Of a stretch of DNA of 64,000 bases, positions 29,928 to 39,172 are shown in pieces; position 1 is the first letter of the stretch; every line of letters begins with the position of its first letter. Source of the stretch: an uncultured Acidobacteriota bacterium (GTDB taxonomy: Bacteria; Acidobacteriota; Vicinamibacteria; Fen-336); assembly GCA_963720545.1 (NCBI GenBank), contig OY970399.1:3904001-3968000 (forward strand), given 5' to 3'. The position numbers and the translations under genes are program-made. Under the pieces are notes generated by a model. That model was not told the origin of the DNA and made no database searches. It worked only from the letters and a program-made list of their open reading frames with translations.

Positions 29928-30340
29928 CGGCAGCGCGGCGCGAACGCGCGGTTGCCGACAACGCCGCGGACGCCGTGGAACGAACGAAACTGGGATGGCC
30001 GCGGCGCGTAGCCGTAGCCCGACTGAAAACCGTAGCCGTAATAGCCGTATCCGTAGCCGTGCGCTGGGCCGCTCGGTTCGCTGCTGCGATAGAACGACGA
30101 GATCGAACGCGGGTCGATCGTGACCCGTCCGTCCTCGTCCTCGAAGCGCGGCGCCGCGGGGCCCGCGCCGTCGGCACGGTAGTAAGAAGAAATCTCGTAG
30201 GGATCGCGCAGCACGCGAACGTGAGGCCTGGGCGCCGCTTCTTCGGCCGCGGCTTCCTGAGGCTGAACCTGCGCCTGAGTTTCGCCCGCGAAGACCGGCG
30301 GTGCGGCAAGAAGCAACGTCGCAAGCAGCGTCAGTCTCAT
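29924..30340 (-). CDS. Small secreted Tyr/Gly-rich hypothetical protein
   Basis: RBS GAGAGG, signal peptide ending VFA, duplicated DPxxISSxYR motif, GYGYGYYGYG tract. Confidence 0.65.
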   Translation of the reverse strand: MRLTLLATLLLAAPPVFAGETQAQVQPQEAAAEEAAPRPHVRVLRDPYEISSYYRADGAGPAAPRFEDEDGRVTIDPRSISSFYRSSEPSGPAHGYGYGYYGYGFQSGYGYAPRPSQFRSFHGVRGVVGNRAFAPRCR

Positions 30341-30534
30341 GGCGAAAACCTCTCTCTGACAATCTACGCGCCAGCCCGCGCGTTGTTCGCTGCCGAAGCA
30401 GCGCGTGTGAGCGCTGGCACAAGCAATGATGAAGTGCCGCGCAGACGGCCAAAGTATAATGACGGACCCACGAACCTCAGAAACGCAAATCGCATGCCGC
30501 CGTCATGCTGCTGTTACAGAGTGCAAACAGCAAG

Positions 30535-30610
30535 AAGTCGTCGGCAAGCAACAACTTAGCAACACGATCGGGCGACTTTGCACAGGCTTTTCCACAGAAA
30601 CTGTGGAAGC
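30535..30610. promoter_or_regulatory. Cluster of three DnaA-box-like 9-mers with an adjacent IHF-like site
   Basis: CTTTGCACA (30576-84), TTTTCCACA (30588-96), reverse TGTGGAAGC (30602-10); AAGCAAcaacTTA (30546-58) versus the WATCAAN4TTR consensus. Confidence 0.6.
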
Positions 30611-30656
30611 TCACAAAATCTCCCAGCGACGGTTCAGAAAGGCGCCTGCTCACTCC

Positions 30657-31817
30657 ATGCTCAAGAAGGAAAGGCTCTTCACTCCCGGCCCGACGCCTTT
30701 GTCGCCGGAAGTCCAGCTGGCGATGGCGCGCCCGATCGTCCATCACCGCACCGACGAGTTCCGCAAGATCTTCCGCGACGCCGCGGCGCGGCTGCAATCG
30801 TTCCTGAAGACGAAGCACGACGTGCTGCTGCTCGCCGCGTCCGGCAGCGGCGCGATGGAAGCGGCCGTCGTCAACACGATGTCGCCGGGCGACACCATGC
30901 TGGCGCTGGTCGCCGGCAGCTTCGGCGAGCGCTGGGCGGCGATCGGCAAGGCGCACGGCATGAACGTCGTGACGATCGACGCCGAGTGGGGCGAGGCGGT
31001 CGCTCCCGCGGCCGTCAAGGCCGCTCTCGATGCCAATCCGTCGATCCGCGGCGTGTTCGTGCAGCTGAACGAGTCGTCTACCGGGGCAAAGCACGACATC
31101 GAAGGCATCGGCGCCGTGGTCAAGGGGCGGCCCGACACGCTGCTGGTGGTGGACGCCATCTCCGGCGCGGGCGCGATGGCGCTCGACACCGACGCCTGGG
31201 GTGTGGACATCGCGGTCGTCGGCAGCCAGAAGTCGCTCGCGCTGCCGCCCGGCCTGGTCTTCCTGGCCGTCAGTCCGGATGCCTGGAAGCGAATCGACCA
31301 AAGCACCTCGCCGCGCTTCTATTTCGACCTGCGCCGCGAATTCAAGGTCCAGCCGACCGGCGAATCCTCGTTCACGCCCGCGATTTCCATCATCGTGGCG
31401 CTCGGCGCCGCTCTCGACAACGTCGACAAGCTGGGCGGAGTCGACGCGCTCGTCGAGAACGCAGCCACCTTGGCGGCCATGATGCGCGCCGCCGCCGCGG
31501 CGCTAGGCATGCCGCTGCTTTCGCCCACCGCGCACGGCGATGCCTTGAGCGCGCTGCGGCCGCCACCGGGCATCGACGCCTCGGCCATCGTGAAAGGGCT
31601 GAAAGCGGAGTTCCGCTCGACGGTCGCCGGCGGCCAGGGCAAGCTGAAGGGCGAGATCATCCGAGTCGCGCACCTCGGCTACTACGACGTCACGGACATC
31701 CTCGGCCTCATCGGCACGCTCGAGATCGTCCTGCACCGACTGGGCCACAAGATGGCTCTGGGTGCCGGATCCGCGGCAGCCGTTGGCGCATACCTGAAGC
31801 GCCGGCCCAAGGCATGA
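30657..31817 (+). CDS. Class V aminotransferase (alanine-glyoxylate/serine-pyruvate type; probably supplies SerC function)
   Basis: LFTPGPT, HHRT, SGSGAMEAA, VDAIS, GSQKSLALPPGL (PLP lysine); coupled to serA. Confidence 0.9.
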   Translation: MLKKERLFTPGPTPLSPEVQLAMARPIVHHRTDEFRKIFRDAAARLQSFLKTKHDVLLLAASGSGAMEAAVVNTMSPGDTMLALVAGSFGERWAAIGKAHGMNVVTIDAEWGEAVAPAAVKAALDANPSIRGVFVQLNESSTGAKHDIEGIGAVVKGRPDTLLVVDAISGAGAMALDTDAWGVDIAVVGSQKSLALPPGLVFLAVSPDAWKRIDQSTSPRFYFDLRREFKVQPTGESSFTPAISIIVALGAALDNVDKLGGVDALVENAATLAAMMRAAAAALGMPLLSPTAHGDALSALRPPPGIDASAIVKGLKAEFRSTVAGGQGKLKGEIIRVAHLGYYDVTDILGLIGTLEIVLHRLGHKMALGAGSAAAVGAYLKRRPKA

Positions 31818-33400
31818 CCTACAAGATCCTGGTCCTCGAGGGCATCACCGAGCGGGGGCTCGAGGTGCTGAAGGCGGAAGGCTGGGAGGTCGACCAGCGC
31901 AAGGCGATGCCGGCGGCCGAGATCGCCGCCATCATCGAGCCGTTCCATGCCCTGACGATCCGTAGCGGCAGCAACATCAACGAAGCGGTGACGGCCGCGG
32001 CGAAGAACCTGCGGGTCATCGGCCGTCCCGGCGTCGGCGTCGACAACGTGGACGTCGAAGCGGCCACCCGCCACGGCATCGTGGTGATGAACTCGCCGAT
32101 GGGGAACCTCGCCTCGACCGCGGAGCTGACCTTCGCGCTGCTGCTGGCGGTGGCGCGCAACATCGCGCAGGCGGACGCGTCGCTCAAGGCCGGGAAATGG
32201 GACCGCAAGGCGTTCGCCGGCGCGGAGCTGTCGGGCAAGAACATCGGCGTCATCGGCTTCGGCCGCATCGGCCGCGAAGTCGCGAACCGCTGCCGGGCGT
32301 TCGGCATGGAAGTGTTCGCGTTCGATCCGTTCGTGCTGCCGGCGACCATCGAGGCGCTGGGCGCGCGCGCGCTCAGCTTCGACGAGCTGCTCGCGCGCAG
32401 CGACTTCATCACGCTGCACACCACCATGTCGAAGGAGACGAAGAACCTGATGGACGCCGCGGCGTTCGCGAAGCTGAAACCGGGGGCGCGCATCGTCAAT
32501 GCCGCGCGCGGCGAGCTCATCGACGAAGCGGCGCTGCTGGCAGCGCTCGACAGCGGCAAGGTGGCGGGCGCGGGGCTCGACGTGCACGGCCAGGAGCCGC
32601 CGGTCGACTGGCGCCTGGCACAGCACCCGAAGGTGGTGGCAACACCGCACATCGGCGCGCAGACGAAGGAAGCGCAGGAGCGGGTGGGCACCGACATCGC
32701 GTACCAGGTCCGCGACTTCCTGAAGGGCGGAGTAATCTCGCAGGCGGTCAACTTCTTCTCGCTGTCGGGGGACCTCTACGACCAGGTGCGGCCGGCGATG
32801 GACCTGGCTTCGCGGCTTGGCTCGTTCCTGTCGCAAACGGCGACCGGCGCGGTGCAGCGCATCGAAATCGGCCTCTACGGCGAGCTGCGCGACATCGACC
32901 CCAAGCCCATCCTGCCCGCGGCGGTCGCGGGCGTGCTGCGCGGCCGCGAACCGGGCTCGATCACCTACGTGAACGCGATGGCGAAGGCGCAGGAACGGCA
33001 CATCGCCGTGGTGCAGTCGACGTCGGCCTCGCCGGTCGCGTTCTCGAGCCTCATCGCGATGCGCGTCAAGACTGCCGAGGACGACGTCTCGGTGGCCGGC
33101 GCGATCGTCGGCGGCGACCACATCCGGCTCGTGGAGATAGACGGCGTCGAGGTGGACACGATCCCCGACGGCCACATCCTCTACGTCCGCAACGACGACA
33201 CGCCCGGCGTCGTCGGGCACATCGGTGTCGCGCTCGGCGAGGAAGGCGTCAACATCGCCCGCATGACGGTTGGCCGCAAGCCCGGCTCGGGCAGGGCGGT
33301 GATGTTGATCGAGGTGGACAGCGCCGTGGGCGACGACACGGTTGCCAAAGTCCGCAAAGTCGCGGGCGTGCGCGACGCTCGCGCCATAGCGCTCGGGTAA
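31814..33400 (+). CDS. serA: D-3-phosphoglycerate dehydrogenase (type I, with ASB and ACT domains)
   Basis: [43 protein letters not shown] domain. Confidence 0.95.
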   Translation: MTYKILVLEGITERGLEVLKAEGWEVDQRKAMPAAEIAAIIEPFHALTIRSGSNINEAVTAAAKNLRVIGRPGVGVDNVDVEAATRHGIVVMNSPMGNLASTAELTFALLLAVARNIAQADASLKAGKWDRKAFAGAELSGKNIGVIGFGRIGREVANRCRAFGMEVFAFDPFVLPATIEALGARALSFDELLARSDFITLHTTMSKETKNLMDAAAFAKLKPGARIVNAARGELIDEAALLAALDSGKVAGAGLDVHGQEPPVDWRLAQHPKVVATPHIGAQTKEAQERVGTDIAYQVRDFLKGGVISQAVNFFSLSGDLYDQVRPAMDLASRLGSFLSQTATGAVQRIEIGLYGELRDIDPKPILPAAVAGVLRGREPGSITYVNAMAKAQERHIAVVQSTSASPVAFSSLIAMRVKTAEDDVSVAGAIVGGDHIRLVEIDGVEVDTIPDGHILYVRNDDTPGVVGHIGVALGEEGVNIARMTVGRKPGSGRAVMLIEVDSAVGDDTVAKVRKVAGVRDARAIALG

Positions 33401-33411
33401 ACTCCGGCGCC

Positions 33412-34806
33412 ATGCCCGGATACGACAGCCTGACGCCGCCGGACGGTGGCACCATCACCGTCAAGGACGGGGTGCTCAGCGTTCCCGACAACCCCGTCAT
33501 CCCGTTCGTCGAAGGCGACGGCACGGGCCGGGACATCTGGCGCGCCTCGGTGCGCGTCTTCGACGCCGCCATCGCGAAGAGCTACTCTGGCAAGCGCAAG
33601 ATCGCGTGGTTCGAGGTTCTCGCGGGCGAGAAGGCGTTCAACAAGACCCGCGAGTGGATGCCGGCCGACACGCTGCGGGCGTTCCGCGAGTTCCTGGTGG
33701 GCATCAAGGGCCCGTTGACGACGCCGGTGGGCGGCGGCATCCGGTCGCTGAACGTGGCGCTGCGCCAGGAGCTCGACCTCTACACCTGCCTGCGGCCGGT
33801 GCGTTATTTCGCGGGTGTGCCGAGCCCGGTGAAGCGGCCGGAAGCGGTGAACATGGTGATCTTCCGCGAGAACACCGAGGACATCTACGCGGGTGTCGAA
33901 TGGGCCGCGGGCAGCGCCGACGCGCACAAGGTCATCGCCTGGCTGCAGTCCGAGATGGCGGTCAACAAGATCCGCTTCCCGAAGACCAGCGGCATCGGCA
34001 TCAAGCCGATGTCGAGCGAAGGCACGGAACGGCTGGTGCGCGCCGCGATCCGGTACGCGAAGCAGTTCGGCCGCCGCAGCGTCACGCTGGTGCACAAGGG
34101 CAACATCATGAAGTTCACCGAGGGTGCCTTCCGCGACTGGGGTTACGCTCTGGCCGCGCGCGAGTTCCGTTCCGACATCGTCACCGAGCGCGAAAGCTGG
34201 ATCCTCGCCAACCGCGAGAAGAACGGGGCGATCAGCGTCGAGGAAAACGCCCGCGCCATCGACCCGGGTTACGACCTGATGACCGCGGCGCAGCAGGCGC
34301 AGGTGCGCGGCGATGTCGAGGCGGCCATGGCCCTCTGGCCGAGCCACGGCGACGGCAAGTGGAAGAAGAAGATCCTGGTGCGCGACTCGATCGCCGACAT
34401 CACCTTGCAGCAGGTGCTCACCCGGCCCGCCGAGTTCGACGTCATCGCGACGCCCAACCTCAACGGCGACTACCTCTCCGATGCGCTGGCCGCGCAGGTC
34501 GGCGGCATCGGCATCGCACCGGGCGGCAACATCAACTATGAAACCGGCCACGCGATCTTCGAGGCGACCCACGGCACCGCGCCGAAGTACGCCGACCTCG
34601 ACAAGGTCAACCCGGGCTCGGTGATCCTCTCGGGGTGCATGATGCTCCGCTACATGGGCTGGGTCGAGGCCGCCGACGCCATCGAGGCCGCCATGGGCCG
34701 CGCCATCGACCACAAGCATGTCACCTACGATTTCGCTCGCCAGATGGAGGGCGCGACCGAGGCGAAGACCTCGCAATTCGCCGACTCGATCATCGCGCGG
34801 CTGTAG
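33412..34806 (+). CDS. icd: NADP-dependent isocitrate dehydrogenase, long-insert type
   Basis: [67 protein letters not shown]. Confidence 0.97.
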   Translation: MPGYDSLTPPDGGTITVKDGVLSVPDNPVIPFVEGDGTGRDIWRASVRVFDAAIAKSYSGKRKIAWFEVLAGEKAFNKTREWMPADTLRAFREFLVGIKGPLTTPVGGGIRSLNVALRQELDLYTCLRPVRYFAGVPSPVKRPEAVNMVIFRENTEDIYAGVEWAAGSADAHKVIAWLQSEMAVNKIRFPKTSGIGIKPMSSEGTERLVRAAIRYAKQFGRRSVTLVHKGNIMKFTEGAFRDWGYALAAREFRSDIVTERESWILANREKNGAISVEENARAIDPGYDLMTAAQQAQVRGDVEAAMALWPSHGDGKWKKKILVRDSIADITLQQVLTRPAEFDVIATPNLNGDYLSDALAAQVGGIGIAPGGNINYETGHAIFEATHGTAPKYADLDKVNPGSVILSGCMMLRYMGWVEAADAIEAAMGRAIDHKHVTYDFARQMEGATEAKTSQFADSIIARL

Positions 34807-34830
34807 CAGGGAAAGGGAAGAAGGAACCAA

Positions 34831-35757
34831 ATGAACCGCAAAGTGACGGTGGTGGGCGGCGGCAACGTAGGGGCCACGCTGGCGCAGCGTATCGCCGACC
34901 GCGAACTCGCCGACGTCTGCCTCATCGACATCGTCGAGGGCATGCCGCAGGGCAAGGGCCTCGACATCATGGAGGCGGGGCCGGTGGAAGGCTCGGACGC
35001 GCGCGTGCTGGGCACCAACGACTACCAGGACACCGCCAATTCCGACGTCGTGGTCATCACGGCCGGCATCGCGCGCAAGCCCGGGATGAGCCGCGACGAC
35101 CTGCTGAACACCAACTTCAAGATCGTCAAGGAGTGCACCGAGCAGGCGCTCAAGCACTCGCCGAACGCCATCCTGGTGGTGGTGAGCAACCCGCTCGACG
35201 CCATGACGCAGGTGGCCTACAAGGTGTCGGGCTTGCCGAAGGAACGCGTGATCGGCATGGCCGGCGTTCTCGACAGCGCGCGGATGCGGACCTTCATCGC
35301 CATGGAGCTGGGCGTGTCGGTGGACAATGTCCACGCCTTCGTCCTCGGCGGCCACGGCGACACCATGGTGCCGCTGCCGCGCTACTCGACGGTGGCGGGC
35401 GTGCCGATCACCGAACTCATGAGCGCCGAGCGGGTCGAGGCGATCTGCAAGCGCACCGCGAGCGGCGGCGCGGAGATCGTAGCGCTGCTCAAAACCGGCT
35501 CCGCCTACTACGCGCCATCGTCTTCGACCGCCGAGATGGTCGATGCGATCCTCAAGGACAAGCACAAGATCCTGGCGTCCTGCTGCTATCTCGAAGGAGA
35601 GTTCGGCATCAGCGGTCTCTACGTCGGCGTGCCCGCACAGCTGGGCGCCAAGGGCGTCGAGAAGATCTGGGAGATCAAGCTCACCGACACCGAAAACGCG
35701 GCACTGCAGAAGTCGGCCGCGGCTGTGAAGGAACTGGTGGACATCCTCAAGATCTGA
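34831..35757 (+). CDS. mdh: Malate dehydrogenase (LDH-like)
   Basis: [40 protein letters not shown]. Confidence 0.97.
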   Translation: MNRKVTVVGGGNVGATLAQRIADRELADVCLIDIVEGMPQGKGLDIMEAGPVEGSDARVLGTNDYQDTANSDVVVITAGIARKPGMSRDDLLNTNFKIVKECTEQALKHSPNAILVVVSNPLDAMTQVAYKVSGLPKERVIGMAGVLDSARMRTFIAMELGVSVDNVHAFVLGGHGDTMVPLPRYSTVAGVPITELMSAERVEAICKRTASGGAEIVALLKTGSAYYAPSSSTAEMVDAILKDKHKILASCCYLEGEFGISGLYVGVPAQLGAKGVEKIWEIKLTDTENAALQKSAAAVKELVDILKI

Positions 35758-35768
35758 GGAGACAAGAC

Positions 35769-36197
35769 ATGGCGCCGGCGAAGAAGAAGGCCGCAAAAAA
35801 GCGGACCGCGACCAAGGCGTCGCCGAAGAGGCAACCGGCAGTGAAGGCCTCGACCGCGCTCGTCGCCATGCGCCGGATCTGCCTGAGCCTGCCGGACACC
35901 ACCGAGACGCTCACCTGGGGCCAGCCGCACTTCCGCGTCGCTGACAAGATCTTCTCCGGCTGCGGCGATGAGAAGGGCCGCCTCACCATCGGCTTCAAGC
36001 TCGAGATGGAGCACGCCGCGGCGATCCTTTCCGACCCGCGCTTCACGCGCGCACCGTACGTCGGCCGCTACGGCTGGGTGTCGATGGACGCGAGCCAGGT
36101 GGACGACTGGAAGCAGGTGGAGATGCTGGTGCGCGAGAGCTACTCGCTCATCGCGCCCAAGGCGAGCGTCGCCAAGCTGCGCCGCTCGCAACCTTGA
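35769..36197 (+). CDS. MmcQ/YjbR-family protein with Lys-rich N-terminal extension
   Basis: CLSLPDTTETLTWGQPHFRVADKIF...APYVGRYGWVS...VRESYSLIAPK. Confidence 0.85.
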   Translation: MAPAKKKAAKKRTATKASPKRQPAVKASTALVAMRRICLSLPDTTETLTWGQPHFRVADKIFSGCGDEKGRLTIGFKLEMEHAAAILSDPRFTRAPYVGRYGWVSMDASQVDDWKQVEMLVRESYSLIAPKASVAKLRRSQP

Positions 36198-36298
36198 GCG
36201 TTTCCTGAGCGAGCACTGAAGACAGCAGCGGCGGCATCGCCGTATCTTCTCCGCAGGTTGATCGCGTTGATCGGCTCTCCCTCCCAAGGAGAAACGCC

Positions 36299-36472
36299 GT
36301 GGCTCTCAACCCAAAGAAGTACACGCTGGTCGTGCAGTTGCTGTCACCGGGAATCGTGAGCGGCGCCGGTGGCATTGGCATCGTCGGCGGCAAGATCGTC
36401 AAGATTCCTCCGCGTGGCCCCGCCTACCGACAGATCGTCGGCCTGATGAAGGACCTGGCCCGCGGCGGCTAG
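36299..36472 (+). CDS. 57-aa small protein, below the ORF-track cutoff
   Basis: RBS AAGGAG upstream of GTG; MALNPKKYTLVVQLLSPGIVSGAGGIGIVGGKIVKIPPRGPAYRQIVGLMKDLARGG; mostly G/C third positions. Confidence 0.7.
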   Translation: MALNPKKYTLVVQLLSPGIVSGAGGIGIVGGKIVKIPPRGPAYRQIVGLMKDLARGG

Positions 36473-36539
36473 CCGCTGACGATTGACAGCGTCGATCTGG
36501 CCAACTGCGTCCGGACGCAGTTGGCGGTAGGGTCTGCCG

Positions 36540-37193
36540 CTATCTCAGCTTGCTGGTCCGGGTGCTGACGGTCATGACGTCGGGGTCGTCGGACATGGCG
36601 GAGAGAAACTGCTCCAGGGCGCGGGCGGAGCCGCGCAGGTGCAGTTCGAGCACGAGGTCGTCGCCTTCCTGGCGCGAGTCGCGCCGCTCGATCTGGGCGC
36701 CGGCGGTGGCGGCAACCGACGCGACGTTCGCAGCCACGTTCGCTTGCGGGCGGGTGTGCACCATGAAGAGGCGGTGCTTCACGCGCCGCTCCACCCAGCG
36801 CTCGGCCCATTCGATGCCGGCGAGCACGACCAGGGCGCCGGCCGTGGAGCCTGCAGCTTCGGCGTACTGACCCGAGCCCACCGCCATGCCGATGGCTGTG
36901 ACCACCCAGATGGTCGCGGCGCTGGTGAGCCCGGTGACCGAGCCCTTGTGGTGCAGGATGGTGCCGGCGCCGATGAAGCCGATGCCGGTGAGGATTTGCG
37001 CGGCGATTCTGCCAGGATCGCCGCCGATGACGGTGAAGTGCAGCGACAGGCGCGTGAACATGGTGGCGCCGAGGCCGATGAGGATGTTGGTGCGCAGGCC
37101 AGCGGGCTTGCCCTTCAGCTCGCGCTCCATGCCGATGATGCCGCTGAGCAGCACCGACAACGCGAGTTGCGTCAGGAGGTCGTAAGGAGGCGT
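36540..37193 (-). CDS. MgtC/SapB-family membrane protein with C-terminal ACT-like domain (start ACG at 37193 or TTG at 37160)
   Basis: IIGMERELKGKPAGLRTNILI, DPGRIAAQILTGIGFIGAGTI, GLTSAATIW. Confidence 0.9.
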   Translation of the reverse strand, partial: TPPYDLLTQLALSVLLSGIIGMERELKGKPAGLRTNILIGLGATMFTRLSLHFTVIGGDPGRIAAQILTGIGFIGAGTILHHKGSVTGLTSAATIWVVTAIGMAVGSGQYAEAAGSTAGALVVLAGIEWAERWVERRVKHRLFMVHTRPQANVAANVASVAATAGAQIERRDSRQEGDDLVLELHLRGSARALEQFLSAMSDDPDVMTVSTRTSKLR

Positions 37194-37203
37194 GGCCTGG
37201 TTC

Positions 37204-38001
37204 CTAGTCGCCGCCGCCGTCCGACGCCTTGGCCGCGCGCCGCCCGTGGGCGGCGCTGGCGCGCAGCCACTCGCGGTTCAGGCGCGCGATGAAGTCGATC
37301 GGGATCTCCTTCGGGCACGCGGCCTCGCACTCGCGATGATTGCTGCAGCCGCCGAAGCCTTCCGCGTCCATCGCCGCAACCATGTTGAGCACGCGCTCCT
37401 CGCGCTCCGCCTGGCCCTGGGGCAGGAGGGCCAGGTGCGAGACCTTGGCCGCGACGAACAGCATGGCCGAAGCGTTGGGGCAGGCGGCGACGCAGGCGCC
37501 ACAGCCGATGCAGGCGGCCGCGTCCATCGCGAGGTCGGCATTTTCCTTGCGGATCGGGATGGCGTTGCCGTCGGGCGCGCTGCCGGTCGGCGCGCTGACG
37601 AACCCGCCCTTCGCGATGATGCGGTCGAACGCCTTGCGATCGACGATCAGGTCCTTCATGACCGGGAAGGCGCTGGCGCGCCACGGCTCGATCGTCACGG
37701 TGTCGCCGTCGTCGAAGCTGCGCATGTGCAGCTGGCAGGTGGTGGTGGCGCGGCGCGGGCCGTGCGGCGCGCCGTTCACCACCACGCCGCACATGCCGCA
37801 AATGCCCTCGCGGCAGTCGTGGTCGAAGGCGATCGGGTCGACGCCCCGGGCCGTAAGCCCTTCGTTCACCACGTCGAGCATCTCGAGGAACGACATGTCG
37901 GGGCTGACGTCGCGGGCCTCGTAGCTCTCGAAGCGGCCCGCCGCCTGCGCGCTCGGCTGGCGCCAGACCTTGAGCGTAAGCTTCATCGCCGCGCGGGTCA
38001 C
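37204..38001 (-). CDS. sdhB: Succinate dehydrogenase/fumarate reductase iron-sulfur subunit
   Basis: [45 protein letters not shown]; start GTG 38001 (RBS GAGGAG) or ATG 37986. Confidence 0.96.
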   Translation of the reverse strand: MTRAAMKLTLKVWRQPSAQAAGRFESYEARDVSPDMSFLEMLDVVNEGLTARGVDPIAFDHDCREGICGMCGVVVNGAPHGPRRATTTCQLHMRSFDDGDTVTIEPWRASAFPVMKDLIVDRKAFDRIIAKGGFVSAPTGSAPDGNAIPIRKENADLAMDAAACIGCGACVAACPNASAMLFVAAKVSHLALLPQGQAEREERVLNMVAAMDAEGFGGCSNHRECEAACPKEIPIDFIARLNREWLRASAAHGRRAAKASDGGGD

Positions 38002-38157
38002 TTGTAGCTCCTCTGCAAGGATTGCGTACGGGATGCTGGCACTTCTTCAATGCTCGCACGGAACCGGCTGTTGCTAAAAAGTGGAAAGCGCAATCACCGG
38101 CGCATATTGAAATAACCGAAAAGCTCTTTTCGCGGGCCTTCGGGCCGTTCACGAGAT

Positions 38158-38198
38158 GTAATACAACTGTAGCAAGACATAGAGCAGTTGTGATATAC
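38158..38198. promoter_or_regulatory. Probable ChrB operator
   Basis: Inverted repeat ACAACTG (38163-69)-N15-CAGTTGT (38185-91) with imperfect flanks, in an AT-rich patch just before the chrB ATG. Confidence 0.55.
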
Positions 38199-38205
38199 AG
38201 TAGTC

Positions 38206-39168
38206 ATGTCTGATGTTGCAAACCCTCGTTGGCTGCTGCTGATCCATCAGATTCCGCCCCAACCGAGTTATCTGCGGGTGAAGGTCGGTCGTCGGTTGCA
38301 CGGGCTGGGCGCCGTGGCGGTGAAGAACTCGGTCTACGTGCTGCCTCGCGGCGACCAGGCGCTCGAAGACTTCCAATGGGTACGGCGCGAAATCGTGGAC
38401 GGTGGTGGCGACGCGTCCGTTTGCGAGGCGCGCTTCGTCGAAGGCCTCTCGGACGACGCGGTTGAGGCGTTGTTCATGGTCGCTCGCGATGCCGACTACG
38501 CATCGTTGGCCGGGGAGGGGCGCCGGCTTCAGGCAGCGATCGGCCGTCGCAAGCGTCCGCGCGAGGCCAATGGGCCTGCTGCCGCGGCGCTGCTGCGCCT
38601 GCGCAAACGCCTGGGCGAAGTCGCGGGCATCGACTTCTTCGGAGCCCGCGGCCGCGGCGTCGTCGAGGGCTTGCTGGCGTCGATCGATGCCGCGCTGCGA
38701 CCCGCGCCGGATGCGAAGGCGGTGAAGGAGACGCCACTCGCCGAAGTGCGCAGCCGGACGTGGGTCACGCGCAAGGACGTGCACATCGACCGCATAGCCT
38801 CCGTCTGGCTGATCCGGCGCTTCATCGACGCTGAGGCAAAGTTCAAGTTCGTGCGCGGAGAATACCAACCCGAGAAGGACGAGCTGCGCTTCGACATGTT
38901 CGAGGGCGAGTTCACTCACGAGGGCGAGCTGTGCACGTTCGAGGTGCTGTTGCGCCGGTTCCGGCTCGAGGACGCGGCGCTGCGCCATATCGGCGAGATC
39001 GTGCACGACATCGACCTCAAGGACGCCAGGTTCGCCCGGCACGAAGCGGCGGGCATCGATCGGCTGATCGTCGGCATTGCGATGCGCCACGAGAGCGACG
39101 AGGCGCGCCTCGAGGAAGGCGCCCACGCGTTCGCGTCGCTCTACGAGTACTTCAAACGGAAGGCGTGA
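38206..39168 (+). CDS. chrB: Chromate-sensing regulator ChrB (N-terminal and C-terminal domains)
   Basis: WLLLIHQIPPQPSYLRVKVGRRL...KNSVYVLP; WVTRKDVHIDRIASVWLIRRFID, FDM...FTHEGELCTFEVL, IVHDIDLKD. Confidence 0.92.
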   Translation: MSDVANPRWLLLIHQIPPQPSYLRVKVGRRLHGLGAVAVKNSVYVLPRGDQALEDFQWVRREIVDGGGDASVCEARFVEGLSDDAVEALFMVARDADYASLAGEGRRLQAAIGRRKRPREANGPAAAALLRLRKRLGEVAGIDFFGARGRGVVEGLLASIDAALRPAPDAKAVKETPLAEVRSRTWVTRKDVHIDRIASVWLIRRFIDAEAKFKFVRGEYQPEKDELRFDMFEGEFTHEGELCTFEVLLRRFRLEDAALRHIGEIVHDIDLKDARFARHEAAGIDRLIVGIAMRHESDEARLEEGAHAFASLYEYFKRKA

Positions 39169-39172
39169 CGGC

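Noticed and set aside
30005..30062. Tandem (TAGCCG)n-like repeat as a DNA-level repeat or array
   Set aside because: Explained by the Gly-Tyr codons of the minus-strand ORF at 29924-30340.
30341..30656. Chromosomal replication origin
   Set aside because: Only three DnaA-like boxes, no clear AT-rich unwinding element or DnaA-trio run, and no dnaA, dnaN or rpmH nearby; kept only as a candidate regulatory cluster.
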